64,000 nt of DNA. It comes from an uncultured Alphaproteobacteria bacterium (lineage in GTDB: Bacteria; Pseudomonadota; Alphaproteobacteria; Caulobacterales; Caulobacteraceae). Numbering within the stretch: the first letter of the stretch is position 1; every line of letters starts with the position of its first letter. Both the position numbers and the translations under genes were made by a program. Below, piece by piece: positions 27,673 through 38,991 of this stretch. The notes beneath the pieces were generated by a model that saw only the letters and a list, made by a program, of their open reading frames with translations, had not been told where the DNA came from and ran no database searches. Location of the stretch: assembly GCA_963752245.1 (NCBI GenBank), contig CAVVXO010000005.1:34418-98417 (forward strand), written 5' to 3'.

Positions 27673-27863
27673 GCATGCCCGCGAGCTTCTCCCTCGTCAT
27701 CTTCGCGCCGTCGATCATCGCGCGCGCGTCCCACAGCGCTCCCAATCGCGTTTCGAAAGCGCGGACCTGCGCCTCCTTCAGGCGCGGCGCCGGCGTGGCG
27801 GTGGACGGCTGCGCCGCGAGGAGGCCGAGCGCGGCCGCCGCGAGACTCGCTGACCGAGGTCAC
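27644..27863 (-). CDS. Possible small secreted protein or gene remnant (needs one +1 correction)
   Basis: GTG overlapping the amidohydrolase stop; after removing one base it reads MTSVS-SLAAAALGLLAAQPSTATPAPRLKEAQVRAFETRLGALWDAR...SGP*, signal-peptide-like. Confidence 0.3.
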
Positions 27864-29868
27864 CGCGCCGCCGCCACGTACACCTCGCGGCCCTTGAACC
27901 AGGTCTTCAGCACCTTGGTCTTGCCGATCTCCTCCGGCCGGCCCGCGTCGGGGAGCTTCAGGATGTCCCGATCGAGCAGGATGAAGTCGGCCGACTTGCC
28001 GACTTCCAGCGAGCCGAACTCGTCGGCGCGGCCCATCACCCGCGCCCCATCGATCGTGTAGGCGTCGATCAGTTCGCGGATGCCGAGGCGCTCTTGCGGG
28101 TTGGCGGGCGGGAAGGGCGCCTGGGCGCGGGTGACGCCGATCTGCATGTTGACGAACGGCTGGGGATCGCGCGTGCCGACCGGGGCGTCGGAGCCGGCGA
28201 CCAGCACGCCGCCGGCCGCCTTGATCGACTTCGCGGGATAGAACTGGCGCTCGTAGTAGCTCTCCGGATCGTGGAAGGCGGCGAAGCTGTTGCCGCCGAC
28301 ATGCTCGAAGAAGGGGACGACGGTGATGTCGTAGTCGGGGACGGCCGTCGCCCAGCTGTAGGTGAAGGCGAGATAGAGGTGGTCGCGGCCGATGCGCGCC
28401 ACGTCCCGGGGCGAGACCAGCTGCAGGTGGGCGATGGTGTCGGGCAGTCGCCGCATTGCCGTCGGCGGCGCGGGCGGCCTCGATGGCGTCGACCGCCGCT
28501 TCGACGGCGGCGTCGCCGATCGCGTGGATGTGCAGGGTGAAGCCGGCGAGGTGGGCCGCGCGGGCGTAAGTCATCAACACCCGGCGCTCGTGCTCGAACT
28601 TGCCGGACGAGATGGCGCACTGAGCCGGGTGAAAGCCGTGCGCTCGCAGGAACGCCGCCGCGGCCGCGGGGGCGGCGGTGCGTTCGGGATGGGCCCGGAC
28701 CTCGACGCACGACGGCGAGGCGGTATCGACATAGCCCTTGACCGCCAGCTTGCCGGCGGCGTCCGGGCCAAAGATCGGTTGCAGATACGGCTTCAGCGAC
28801 GGCGAGTCGGGCAAGGTCGGCGGGACGGCATAGGGATTCCCCTCCAACACCCCGTCGGCGAAGATCTTGATCCCCGGGGCGCGGACGAGGTCGCCGTCGC
28901 CGTACTTGGCGCGCACCGCCTTGGCCCGGGCGATCAGCCGGTCGTAGTCGATCGCTCCGTCCGCCCGGCGGAAGTCCTCCGGCTCATAGAGCTGGAAGAG
29001 GTTCGCGCGCACGGTGAGCGTGCCGCGCGCCAGCAAGGCGTCCCAAAAGCGCGCGACGTCGTCGTTGACCCAGGCGTCCTGCACGGCGGTGATGCCGGCC
29101 CCGTTCAGCCGGCGGGTGACCTTCTCCGGCGCCCGCATCAGGGCCGGCAGATTGGCGGTGAGCATGTCCGGCGCGCCGATCCGGTCGCGCGCCGCCTCGT
29201 TGACCGTGCCGTTCGGCTCGCCGGCCGCGTCCACCCCGATCAGGGGCGCGAAAGCCTTGAAGGTGGTGGCGAGGCTCGCTCGCGAATAGCCGACCACCTT
29301 GCCGGCGTCGTCCTTCGCCAGGGCGAGGCCGGCGCTATTATAGGCGTTGTGGTGGCCATCGTTGCCGAGCAGCACCACCGGCCGGTCGGTCGCGGCGTGG
29401 TCGAGGGCGGCCCGGAAGGTCGGGTTGGCGGCGCTCGGCTTGTTGCCGTCCGTGAAGTCCCACTGCTGCACCGCCACCCACTCGCCCGCCGCCAGGTGGT
29501 ATCTGGCGATGCAGGCCTGGACGAAGGCCGGCAGACCGTCGAGGTCGATCGCCTTCGAGTCCAGGCTGCAGACGTCGAGATCGGCGATGCCGGTCGGGTG
29601 AATATGGGCGTCGACGAGGCCCGGCAGCACCAGGCGGCCGCCGGCATCCTCGACCGTCGTCGTCGCGCCGATCCAGGCGCGCGCGCCGGCCGCCGAGCCG
29701 ACGAAGGCGATCCGGCCGTTCTTGACCGCCAGCGCCTCGGCGGTCTGACGGGCCGCGGTTTTCGGTGACGATCCGGGCGTGGGTGAGCACCAGGTCGGCC
29801 ACCTCGGCCCAACCAGCGATCGGGCCCATGATCATGACCACGGCCGCCGCCGCCACCGCCCTCTTCAT
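27860..29868 (-). CDS. Secreted metal-dependent amidohydrolase (YtcJ/amidohydrolase-3 type); two +1 frameshifts (~29757, ~28445)
   Basis: Signal peptide MKRAVAAAAVV.., ALAVKNGRIAFVG, LPGLVDAHIH, KIFADGVL, HIHAIGD, TIAHLQ, AGSDAPV, GSLEVGKSADFI across three successive frames. Confidence 0.88.
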
Positions 29869-29991
29869 TCCAGACCGTCCTCGCCGCCTTCAGCTTCGCC
29901 CGTGGATAGACGGGAGCACGCCGGCGAGCCAAGCACCCAATCGGCCGGCCCGCTCACCCACGGGAGGGCGCGGCGGGCGCGCTTCGCGCCG

Positions 29992-30966
29992 CTATGGCTT
30001 CCACGTGGTCTGGAAATAAGGATCGGCCCCCATGGCGCGATAGGCCGCCAAGCCGCGGCCAACCAGGTAGTAGCCGGTGCCGGCGTACGGCGGCGGCGGC
30101 AACTGATCGGCGGCGCTGTCCCACCAGACGTAGGCGGCGACCGCCGGATGCGCCTCGAGCCACTCGCGCGCCGTGCTGATCATCATCGTCTCGGGATCGG
30201 GATTGAGGGTCGGATCGTTGTAGGCCCCATTTTCCGACACCATCAGCGGTTTTCCGAACGGCGCCATCGCGTTGTAGAAGGCTTCGACGCCGGGTTGACT
30301 GTCGAAGGATTGCGGCGTGTCGACAAGATTGTAGACATCGACGCCGATCCAATCGACATACTGGTCGCCGGGATAGAACGGCTGCCAATTCCCTTGATTG
30401 AATGTGTAATCGCCGGGGGCCCACACCCATTTGACGTTGGTCGCGCCACTCTGCCGGAACAAATCGACAATGTGCCGCCAGGCCGCGACATATTCCCGGC
30501 CGGCGACGGGGATGTTGCTCAGCACCGGGAAGCCGGTGAAGCAGGTATTCTCCTTGTTGCCGGTCATCTCATAGTTGTAGCGGACGAGGATCGTGCTCCC
30601 GAGCGCCTTGGCCGCCTGGGCCTGTTTCTGCAGTTGAACGTCGTAGACCCCCGAGATGATCGCCTGGGCGGTGGCGCAGGCGTTCGGATTCTGATTGTTG
30701 AACAGCACGCGCCAGGACTGCAACGGCATGCGACCGGTCTGGATATCCCATTGAATGCGGGCGACGTCGGGGAAAACCCCCCAGTCGTCGTAGTCGCCGT
30801 CGATCGCCAGCTGCCGGCCGATGGCGCTCTCCAGGGTGGCGTATTCGCTCTGGTAGTTGCCGTCGTCGGCGCCGCCGACCACGGCGCCCAGCATCACGCC
30901 GGCGGCGGCCGGAGCGGCCGCGACGAGGAGGGCGGCGCCGGCGAGCGTGGCCGTGAGAAGGTTCAT
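29992..30966 (-). CDS. Secreted glycoside hydrolase family 26-like protein
   Basis: Signal peptide MNLLTATLAGAALLVAAAPAAA; RYNYEMTG (acid/base Glu), WVWAP, YPGDQYVDWIGVDVYN, KPLMVSENG (nucleophile). Confidence 0.85.
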   Translation of the reverse strand: MNLLTATLAGAALLVAAAPAAAGVMLGAVVGGADDGNYQSEYATLESAIGRQLAIDGDYDDWGVFPDVARIQWDIQTGRMPLQSWRVLFNNQNPNACATAQAIISGVYDVQLQKQAQAAKALGSTILVRYNYEMTGNKENTCFTGFPVLSNIPVAGREYVAAWRHIVDLFRQSGATNVKWVWAPGDYTFNQGNWQPFYPGDQYVDWIGVDVYNLVDTPQSFDSQPGVEAFYNAMAPFGKPLMVSENGAYNDPTLNPDPETMMISTAREWLEAHPAVAAYVWWDSAADQLPPPPYAGTGYYLVGRGLAAYRAMGADPYFQTTWKP

Positions 30967-30992
30967 GGTCGGTGTCCCTTTCCTGCTGGAGG

Positions 30993-33900
30993 TCACGGTG
31001 GCGCGAAGCGGGGCCCCGCCAGAAGGGCGGCGACACCGGCCGAACCGCGCTCCGACGGGCCGCCGCCGTCGGCCAAGGGCGCGGGGGCGAGCGCCGCGGC
31101 CATGTCGGCCAGGCGGTTTGCCGCGGCCGTCCGCGCGCTGGCCATCGGCGCGATCGCCCTGGAAGGGGTCGCGGCGGTCAAGAGCAACGACGGCGGCGCG
31201 CGAGCCGTCGGACCACCCGACGCCTGATCGACCACCAGAACGCCGCCCTCGCCGTCGCTGGAGCACACGAAGCTGGCGTTGGCGTAGTTGCCGACCAGAG
31301 TGATCCTGGCGGTGTGGGCGCCGTCGGTGACCGTCAGGACGCCGCCGGTCTTCTGACCGTTGTCGACAAAGCTCGCCTCGCCTGGCGAGACGAAGTTGAT
31401 GTCGAGGAGGTCGAGGGCGTTGGTTCCCTTGGCGGACAGCCCGGTCACCGACTTCTTGAACGACTGGGATTGACCAAGCTCGAGCATGCCGATCTGGCCG
31501 GCGAAGACCACGTCAAGAGAGGTGGCGTTCTCGAACGCCAGCTCGCCGCCGTTGATCACGGCCGCGCCGCCGCCGGTGACCGCGCCGGTGAGCGTCAGGG
31601 TTCCGCCAAGCGCCTCGAGCGTGCCGTTGTTGGCGAGGGGGCTCTGCACGATCACGCCGCCCGAGCCGACCGCCTCGATCAGGCCGCCATTGGTGATGGT
31701 ATTGGATCCCGTATTGAGCGTCAGCGGCCGCGAACCGTTGCCGTCGATCACGCCGGCCGTCTTGTTGTTGAGCGTCATGCGGCCGGCGCCGATCGCGCCG
31801 GCGCCGGTGACGGTGTTGTCGACATTGGTGAACACCGCCGCCGCCGAGGCTCCGATGATCTTGTTGGTCGAAAGATTGCTGAGATTGAATTGGCCGCCGC
31901 CGGCCAGGGTGGCGCCGCCGGTCGCCACGGTGATCGCCGCGGACGTGATCGACAGGACGGCGCTGTTGTTCAGTTGCCCCGAGAAGCTGACCGCGGCGGT
32001 GTTGATGCTCGCTTGCAGGGAGAGGCTGTCGCCGCCGATCGTCAGGCTGGCCGCGTTGATCGCCAGGTTGCCCGGCCCCGATATGCCGCCGCCGGTGAGC
32101 GAGACCTGACCGGTGAGGGTGAGGGTGTCGCCGGCGCCGACGGTCAGCGAACTGCCGCCCGATTGGCCAAACTGTCCGGCGAAGGCGAGGTTGGCGGCGA
32201 AGCTCGCCGAGCCAGCGCCGATCAGCCAGGCGGCGGCGGCGACCGAGCCGCCGGCGGCGAAGGTTTCCGCCCCCCCTTGAAAGCTGATGGTGCCGCCGCC
32301 GGTCACCGCTCCGGCGCAGACGTTCGAGCCGCCGCTCAAGCTCAACGTCAGGGTCCGTCCGGCGGCGATGCTCAGTATTCCGCCGCTGATCGTCAGCGGG
32401 CCGCTGAACGCCAGATTGCCGCCGACCACGATGGAGGTCGAGGCGCCGGTCTCCGTCAGCGATCCGACGGCGAGGCTGGCGCCGCTGGCGAGCGTGAGGG
32501 CGCCGCCGCTGACCGTGAGCGCCCCGCTTCCGCTCAGCGATCCGGCGACGGTTTCCGCCCCCGCCAGCAGCAAGGCGTGGTTGTGCGCCACCGCGATCGA
32601 GCCGCCGGACGCCTCGGCAAGCGCGCCGGTCACCGTCAGCGTCCCGTTGTCGGCGATGGTCTGGCCAGCCGCCAAGGCGGCTGAGCCGGTCAGCGTCACG
32701 GCGGCGTTGGCGTCGATCACGTAGCTCGAGAAGCCCGCGACCGTGGCGCTCGCCGCTCCGGAAAGGGTCGCCACGCCGCCGAGTCCGGCGATGCCGATCG
32801 AGCCGGCGTGCACCTCCAGGGCGCCGCCGCCGCCGATCGCCTGACCGATCAGCTGCGCGCCGGCCTCGAGCAGCAGCAAGTCGGCGGCGGAGCCGAGAAT
32901 GACCGAATTGGTCGAGCCGGCGATCGTGCCGTAGTCGGTGATGGTCGCCGCCGCCGCGCCGGACGCATAGACGCCGACCGCGCCGGTGATCATGGCGGTG
33001 AGCGTGGCGCCGCTGCCGTTGAGCACGCCGCCGCCGGCGGTGAGCAGGACGCCGACGCCCTGCTGGCCGCCGCCGGCCCCGCCGGCCCCGCCGCTCACCG
33101 CGCCGAAATTGGTGAATTCGCCGCCGCCCGAAACCAGCACGCCGACGCCGCCGCGGCCGCCGGAGCCCGCTTGCCCGTTGGAGCCGCCGCCGGCCCCGCC
33201 GACGCCGCCGGCGATGTTCGCGCCGCGGCTGGTCCAGAACTCCGTTCCGGCGATGACCAGACCCGCCCCGCCGGCGCCGCCGACGCCGCCTTGAGCGGCG
33301 CCATAACCGCCGACGCCCCCCGCGCCACCGGTGATTTGCAACGCGCCGTAGTTGGCGCCCGCCAAGCTGGTCGGGGCCGCGTAAAGCGCCACGCCACCGG
33401 CGCCGCCGGCCCCGCCGAGGGTGTGGCCGCCGCCGCCGGCGCCGCCGGCGCCGCCCGTGATCGCGCCGCCGCCCGACAGGCTCGCGCCGGCCATGACATA
33501 CACCGCCGCGCCGCCCGATCCCCCTTGGCCGCCCGGCGCGCCCTTGCCGCCGGCGCCGCCCTGGCCGCCCGTGACAGCGCCGGAAAGGCTCATGGAGCCG
33601 GCGAGCGACACCGCCTGGCCGCCGGCGCCGCCTTGCGGCCGGGTCTTCTGGCCCAGGGTTCCCGCCGCCCCGACCACCGTTCCGGAGCCGGTCAGGGTTC
33701 CACTGGCGGCGACGGTGATCGCGCTCGCGGCGGTCGTGGTCGCCAGCACGGCGCCGTTGTTGTTCAGGCTGCCGGTCAGATCAAGCAGCCCGGCGGTGGC
33801 GATGCTCTGGCGCGCCGTCAGGGTTGCCGGTTCCGGTCAGGGTCACCGCCGCCGAGGCGTCGACGACATAGGCGGCGAACCCCGAGAGGGCGCCGGCGGC

Positions 33901-36483
33901 CGCGCCGCTCAGCACCGCCGCGCCGCCCAGCCCCGACAGCTTCAGCCCCGCGCTGGCAAGCTCCAGCGCGCCGCCGCCGCCCACCACGCCGCCTTGCAGA
34001 CTGGCGCCCGCTTCGACCACCAGCCGGTCGCCCGCCGAAGCGAACTTGATCGCATAGGCCGCGCCTTGCAGCACGCCGTAATCGATGATGGTGACGGCGG
34101 AATAGGCGAGTCCATAGGCGCCGATCGCGCCTCGCACCACGCCGTTCGCCTGATTGATCAGCACCGCCGTGGAAGAGAGATCGACGCCGTCGCCCGGCGC
34201 GCCAGGACCGCCGCCGCCGGCGATCGTGCCCACATTGACGAGCGTCGCCGGGCCGGTCAGCCGGGCCCCCGCGCCGGCCGCGCCCGGATAGGAGTTCTTG
34301 CCGTTGCCGGCGGCGCCGCCATTGCCGCCGACGATGACGCCCGCATTGGTCGCCACAGCGCCGGCGAGCAGTTCCAGACCGGCCCCGCCGAACCCGCCGG
34401 AGCCGCCGAACTTGCCGCCGCGACCGCCGGCGCCGCCGGCCCCGCCATAGATGGCGCCGTTGTTGACGAGGCTGCCGCCGGCCAGTTGAACGCCCTCGCC
34501 GCCGTAGCCGCCCAGGCCGTCGAACTTGATCCCCGCGCCGCCCTTGCCGCCCTGGCCGCCCAGAATCGTGCCGCCGTTGATCAAGGTAGCGCCCGCCAAA
34601 GTCGCGCCGCGGCCGCCGCCCTGGCCATCGCCGGAGGCATAGTTGGCATAGCCGCCGGCGCCGCCCGCCCCGCCGGCGACAAGGCCGTAGTTGCCGATCT
34701 GCCCGCCGCTGGCGCCAAGGCCGTCGCCGCCCGCGCCGCCGGCGCCGCCGATGTAATAGGCCGCCGAGCCGAACCCGGCGCCACCCTGGCCGCCGACGAT
34801 CGAGCCCTGGTTGCGCAGCGAGCCGGCGCTCAGCACCACGCCGGCGGCGCCGCCGCCGCCGCCATAGGCGAAGCCGCCATAGCCGGTCCCGGCGCCGCCG
34901 GCGCCGCCCGACACGCCGCCGCTGTTGACCAGGGTGCCGTTGGCGAGGTTCAGCGCCGATACGCCGGCGCCGCCATACCGACCGCCCAGCCCGCCGCCGC
35001 CGACGGCGCCGCTGGCCCCCGCGAGGGTTCCGGCGCTGGCGAGATAGCCGGCCAGAGCCAATGAACCGGCGACGTACGCCGACTGATCCGCGGCGAGAGT
35101 CCCGGACCGGGCCAATGTCCAGGACGAGCCGGAGTCGATGACATAGGTCCCGAAGCCGGCGACGATTCCCGCCGCGCCGCCCGACAGGCTGACCTTCGCG
35201 CCGCCGATCCCGCCGATCACGCCAGAGGCCGCCGCCAGCTCCAACGTGCTTTTGGAACCGGCGCCGCGAGCGAGGCCCGTCAGCTGGGCGCCGCCGAGCA
35301 TCACCAGCCGGTCGCCGGCCGCCGAAAAGATCAGCGCGTTCGCGCCGGCGCCCGACAAGGTTCCGGCGAGCAGGACCGTCCCGGCGCTGACCTTCAGGCC
35401 GCCCGAGACGGTGTTCGCGCCCTCGAACAGCCAGGAGGCTCCGGCCGCGAAAGCAACGGCCGAGACTCCGCTCATCCCGTCGATCGTGCCGGCCGTCGGG
35501 CCGCCGTCGAGATTTACCGTGGCGCCGCCGCCGACCAGGGCGCCCACCAGGCTCGAGCCGCCGAAACCGTTGAACACATCGCCGGCCGACAGCACGACGG
35601 CCGCGCCGCCGTAGCCGGCGATCACGCCATAGTTGTCGATCGTCGCCGCCGCCGCGCCGCTCAGCAAGATGCCGCTCGATCCGGCGATCAGCGCCGAAGG
35701 GTCGGCCGTTCCGCCGTTGACGATCAAGCCAGCCCCGGTCAGGCTGATCCCGACCCCCTGCTGGCCGGTCGCGCCGTTCGCCGAGCCGACGCCGCCGGCG
35801 CCGCCCTGGCCGCCGGCGATGGTGTAGCCGTTGACGATCGTCGAGCCGCTGGCGCCGATCACCCCGGCGCCGCCGGCCCCACCCGAGCCGCCGGCCATCC
35901 CCGCGCCGCCCTGGCCGCCCTGGCCGCCCTCGCCGCCGGTGACCAGATAGGCGTTGACCAGCGTGCCGCCGGCCGAGAGCACCACCGCCGCGCCGCCGGC
36001 GCCGCCGACGGCGCCCGGACCCGAGCCGCCGGCCCCACCCGCGCCGCCGCCGCCGCCGGTGACGAGGCCGGTGTCGCCGATCGAGCCGCCTTGCGACAGG
36101 CTGATGCCCGACCCCCCGGCGCCGCCCGCCGCGCCGGCGCCGCCGGCGCCGCCCGCCCCGCCGCCGATGCTCCCGGCATTGACCAGCATCTCCGTCGCCG
36201 CGGCGCTGACGCCCATGCCCCCGGCGCCCCCGGCGCGCCCGAGACCGCCGGTGATCACCCCGGCCGCCGCGTTGGTCAGGACGCCGGCCGCGGCCAAGGC
36301 GACGCCGTTCGCCCCGCTGGCGCCTTGCGCCTCGATCGCGCCGCCGTTGACGATCGTCGCGCTCGCGCCGGCGTACAGGCCCGATCCGCCGATCGACCCG
36401 CCAGCCGTGATGCTGAGCACGGCATAGACCGGCGACAGAGTATAGCCGGCCGCGTAGGTTCCAGTGATTACCTTGGTTTTCAA
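30993..36483 (-). CDS. Giant (~1830 aa) Gly/Ala-rich beta-helical surface/adhesin-like protein; one +1 frameshift near 33823
   Basis: ORFs 33781-36483 and 30993-33749 join via LTGTG-TLTARQSIATAGLLDLTGSLNNNGAV; PGRS-like GGAGG blocks alternate with repeated NxGxI-type beta modules; C-terminus LTVTDGAHTARITLVGNYANASF..SSDGEGGVLV. Confidence 0.8.
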
Positions 36484-36795
36484 GTAAGAATTGTTCCGTA
36501 TGTGGTCATTAGCCGATCACTCCACAACAGTTGGCGCCAAGCGGGCCGGTCACGGTCCAGGAGCGGAACCTTTCATGGATCCCATTAACGCAAGCCTGGC
36601 CAAGCCAGGGTTAAGCGTTGCCCGCGAGTGGCAATTTGTCGCATCCGCCGGTCGAGCGGCCAATCGACGGCTCGACTGTGCTCGAGGCGACAGCGGATCT
36701 CTTGATAGGGCGCGCGCCGCTCACAAGAGCCGCCGGTCGCCATGACCGCTACTCTTTCCACAAGAGCGGCGGCGGACGGCTGATCCGCTGCCGTC

Positions 36796-37500
36796 CTACG
36801 GCTCGCCCGCGTCTCGATTGACCGACCAGCGGCGCGCTCCGATCAGGCCCATGCCGTCGGCGATGTCGGACGCGATCGCCTCGCGCAAGGCCCGCCCATC
36901 GCCGGCGGCGATGGCGTCCAGGGCGCGGCGGTGCTGATCGACCAGGTTCGCCGTGCCGACGCGGCCGTAGACCACGCGCATGAACGGCCCGAACTGCAGC
37001 CACAGCGTCTCGATCAGGCGATTGAGCGTCGGGCGGTGGTTGGCGTGATAAAGGGTGAAATGGAAGGCGTGGTTGCCGGCCATGTAGGCGAGAACGTCGC
37101 CATCGGCCATCGACCGGTCGATGCGCGCGTCGATCCCGGCCAGCCGCTCAAGCCGCCCGGCGTCCAGGTGCGGCAGGGCGAGCACGGCGGCCTCCGGCTC
37201 CAGCAGCAGGCGGCACTGCAGCAGGTCGTTGAACCGCGCCTCGCTCATCGGCGGCGTCTCGATCCGCCGCTTGGAACGGATCTGCACCGCGCCCTCGGCG
37301 GCCAGGCGGCTCAGGGCGTCGCGCACCGGCATCTGGCTGACGCCCATCTCCTGCGCCAAGCCGCGGGTCGACAGACCGACACCCGGCATGATCAGCCCGG
37401 TGATGAGCCGACGGCGCAACTCCTCGTAGACGCTGGCGTGCAACAGGGCGTCGGGAGCCGCCACGGCGGCGGCGGCGGGCGCGGTGTCGTCGAGAGGCAA
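36796..37500 (-). CDS. GntR-family (FCD) transcriptional regulator
   Basis: wHTH VYEELRRRLITG..PG..LSTRGLAQEMGVSQMPVRDAL; FCD GNHAFHFTLY; TTG start at 37500 chosen for the GGAG RBS (ORF extends to 37596). Confidence 0.92.
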   Translation of the reverse strand: MPLDDTAPAAAAVAAPDALLHASVYEELRRRLITGLIMPGVGLSTRGLAQEMGVSQMPVRDALSRLAAEGAVQIRSKRRIETPPMSEARFNDLLQCRLLLEPEAAVLALPHLDAGRLERLAGIDARIDRSMADGDVLAYMAGNHAFHFTLYHANHRPTLNRLIETLWLQFGPFMRVVYGRVGTANLVDQHRRALDAIAAGDGRALREAIASDIADGMGLIGARRWSVNRDAGEP

Positions 37501-37587
37501 GGCGGCGGCTCCGGCTCCCGGTTTCGGCGTCGTGGCTGGGCGGACGATGGCGATCGCGACGGCGATGGCGACGGGGCGCGACAGTGC

Positions 37588-37597
37588 TGCTATCACA
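37588..37597 (-). promoter_or_regulatory. Candidate GntR operator (TGTGATAGCA)
   Basis: 8/10 match to the palindrome TGTGATCACA at 43973; lies between the divergent gntR and GS-like genes. Confidence 0.45.
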
Positions 37598-37635
37598 CTT
37601 GTCTTTTCAAGAGTGTCGTCGGAGCGTGGGGGCCC

Positions 37636-38980
37636 ATGGCCGATCTGAAGACCTGGCTGGAGGCGCGCGGCGTCTCGGAGGTCGAGTTCCTGGTGCCCGA
37701 CATGAACGGCGTGCCGCGCGGCAAGGTGCTGCCGGCCGCCAAGCTGCTGCAGTCACAGCGTGACGGGGCCCTGCGGCTGCCGAGCAGCGTCTTTCTGGTG
37801 ACGGTGACCGGCGACTATGCCGGCGATGCGGACGACGACGAAGCCTATCAGGACCCGGACATGGTGCTGCGGCTCGACGAGATCGAGCCTGTTTCTCGCG
37901 CCGGGGCTGAAAACACCCACCGCCTTCGTCTTCGCCGACGGCCATCACCGCGACGGCTCGCCCTGGGCGCAGGCGCCGCGCCAGGTGCTGCGGCGGGTGC
38001 TCGATGTGTATCGCCAGAGGGGATGGCGGCCGGTGATCGCCCCGGAGATCGAGTTCTACCTCACCGCGCTCAATCCCGATCCCGACCTGCCGCTCACCCC
38101 GCCGGCCGGCCGCTCGGGACGGCCGGAGAGCTCGCCGCAACCCTATGGCCTCGAGGCGATCAACGAGTACGAGGAGATCATCGACGCGATCTACGAGCAC
38201 TCGGAGGTGGCCGGCCTCGCCGTCGACACCATGATCCATGAATCGGGCGCCGCGCAGCTCGAGATCAATTTCGTCCATGGCGAGCCGGTGGCGCTCTGCG
38301 ACCAGGTTCTGGTGTTCAAGCGCATCGTCCGCCAGGTCGCGCTGGCGCATGGCGTCTACGCCACCTTCATGGCCAAGCCGATGGAGACCCAACCGGGCAG
38401 CGCCATGCATCTGCACGTATCGTTGGCGGACGGATCGGGCGACACGCTCTTCGCCGACGCCAAGGGCGAGGACACCGCGATGTTCGGGCACTTCGTCGCC
38501 GGCCTGCAGACCTGGCTGCCGGAGATCGCCCCGTTGTTCGCGCCCAATGTCAACAGCTTCCGCCGGATGCGGCCGAGCCACAGCGCGCCGATCAATGTGC
38601 AATGGGGCCTGGACAATCGCTCCTGCGGTCTGCGCGCGCCGATGTCGGACCGCGAGAATCGGCGGATCGAAAATCGCCTGCCCGGCGCCGACGCCAATCC
38701 CTACCTGGCGATGGCCGCGACGCTGGCGGCCGGCTGGCTCGGCATCGTCGAGCGGCGCGAACCTTCGCCGCAGGTCACCGGCAACGCCTATCAGTATCCC
38801 CGCACCCTGCCGCGCACCCTGGAAGAGGCGCTGGAACGCTTCCGCGCCTGCGCGCCGGTGCGCGCCCTGCTCGGCGAGGGATTCTGCAACGCCTTCGCCG
38901 CCATCAAGGAAGCCGAGCTCGAGGCCTATCAGGGCGTGATCAGCTCGTGGGAGCGCGACCACCTGCTGCTGAAGGTCTAG
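37636..38980 (+). CDS. Glutamine-synthetase-like gamma-glutamyl-polyamine ligase (PuuA/PauA type), copy 1; +1 frameshift near 37880
   Basis: PDMNGVPRGK, then in the next frame APEIEFYL, IHESGAAQLEINF, FMAKP, GSAMHLHVS, DNRS, RIENRLPGADANPYL. Confidence 0.9.
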
Positions 38981-38991
38981 GCGCCGCCGCC

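Noticed and set aside
30993-36483. Repetitive GCCGCCGCCG DNA as CRISPR or tandem repeat; protein as autotransporter or Hint-domain toxin
   Set aside because: The repeats are Gly/Ala codons with no constant repeat-spacer period or cas genes; no C-terminal beta-barrel or Hint motif is visible.
36585-36614. CtrA box upstream of the Gly-rich gene
   Set aside because: The two TTAA half-sites are 22 nt apart rather than 7; only a CCTGGC/GCCAGG hairpin lies between them.
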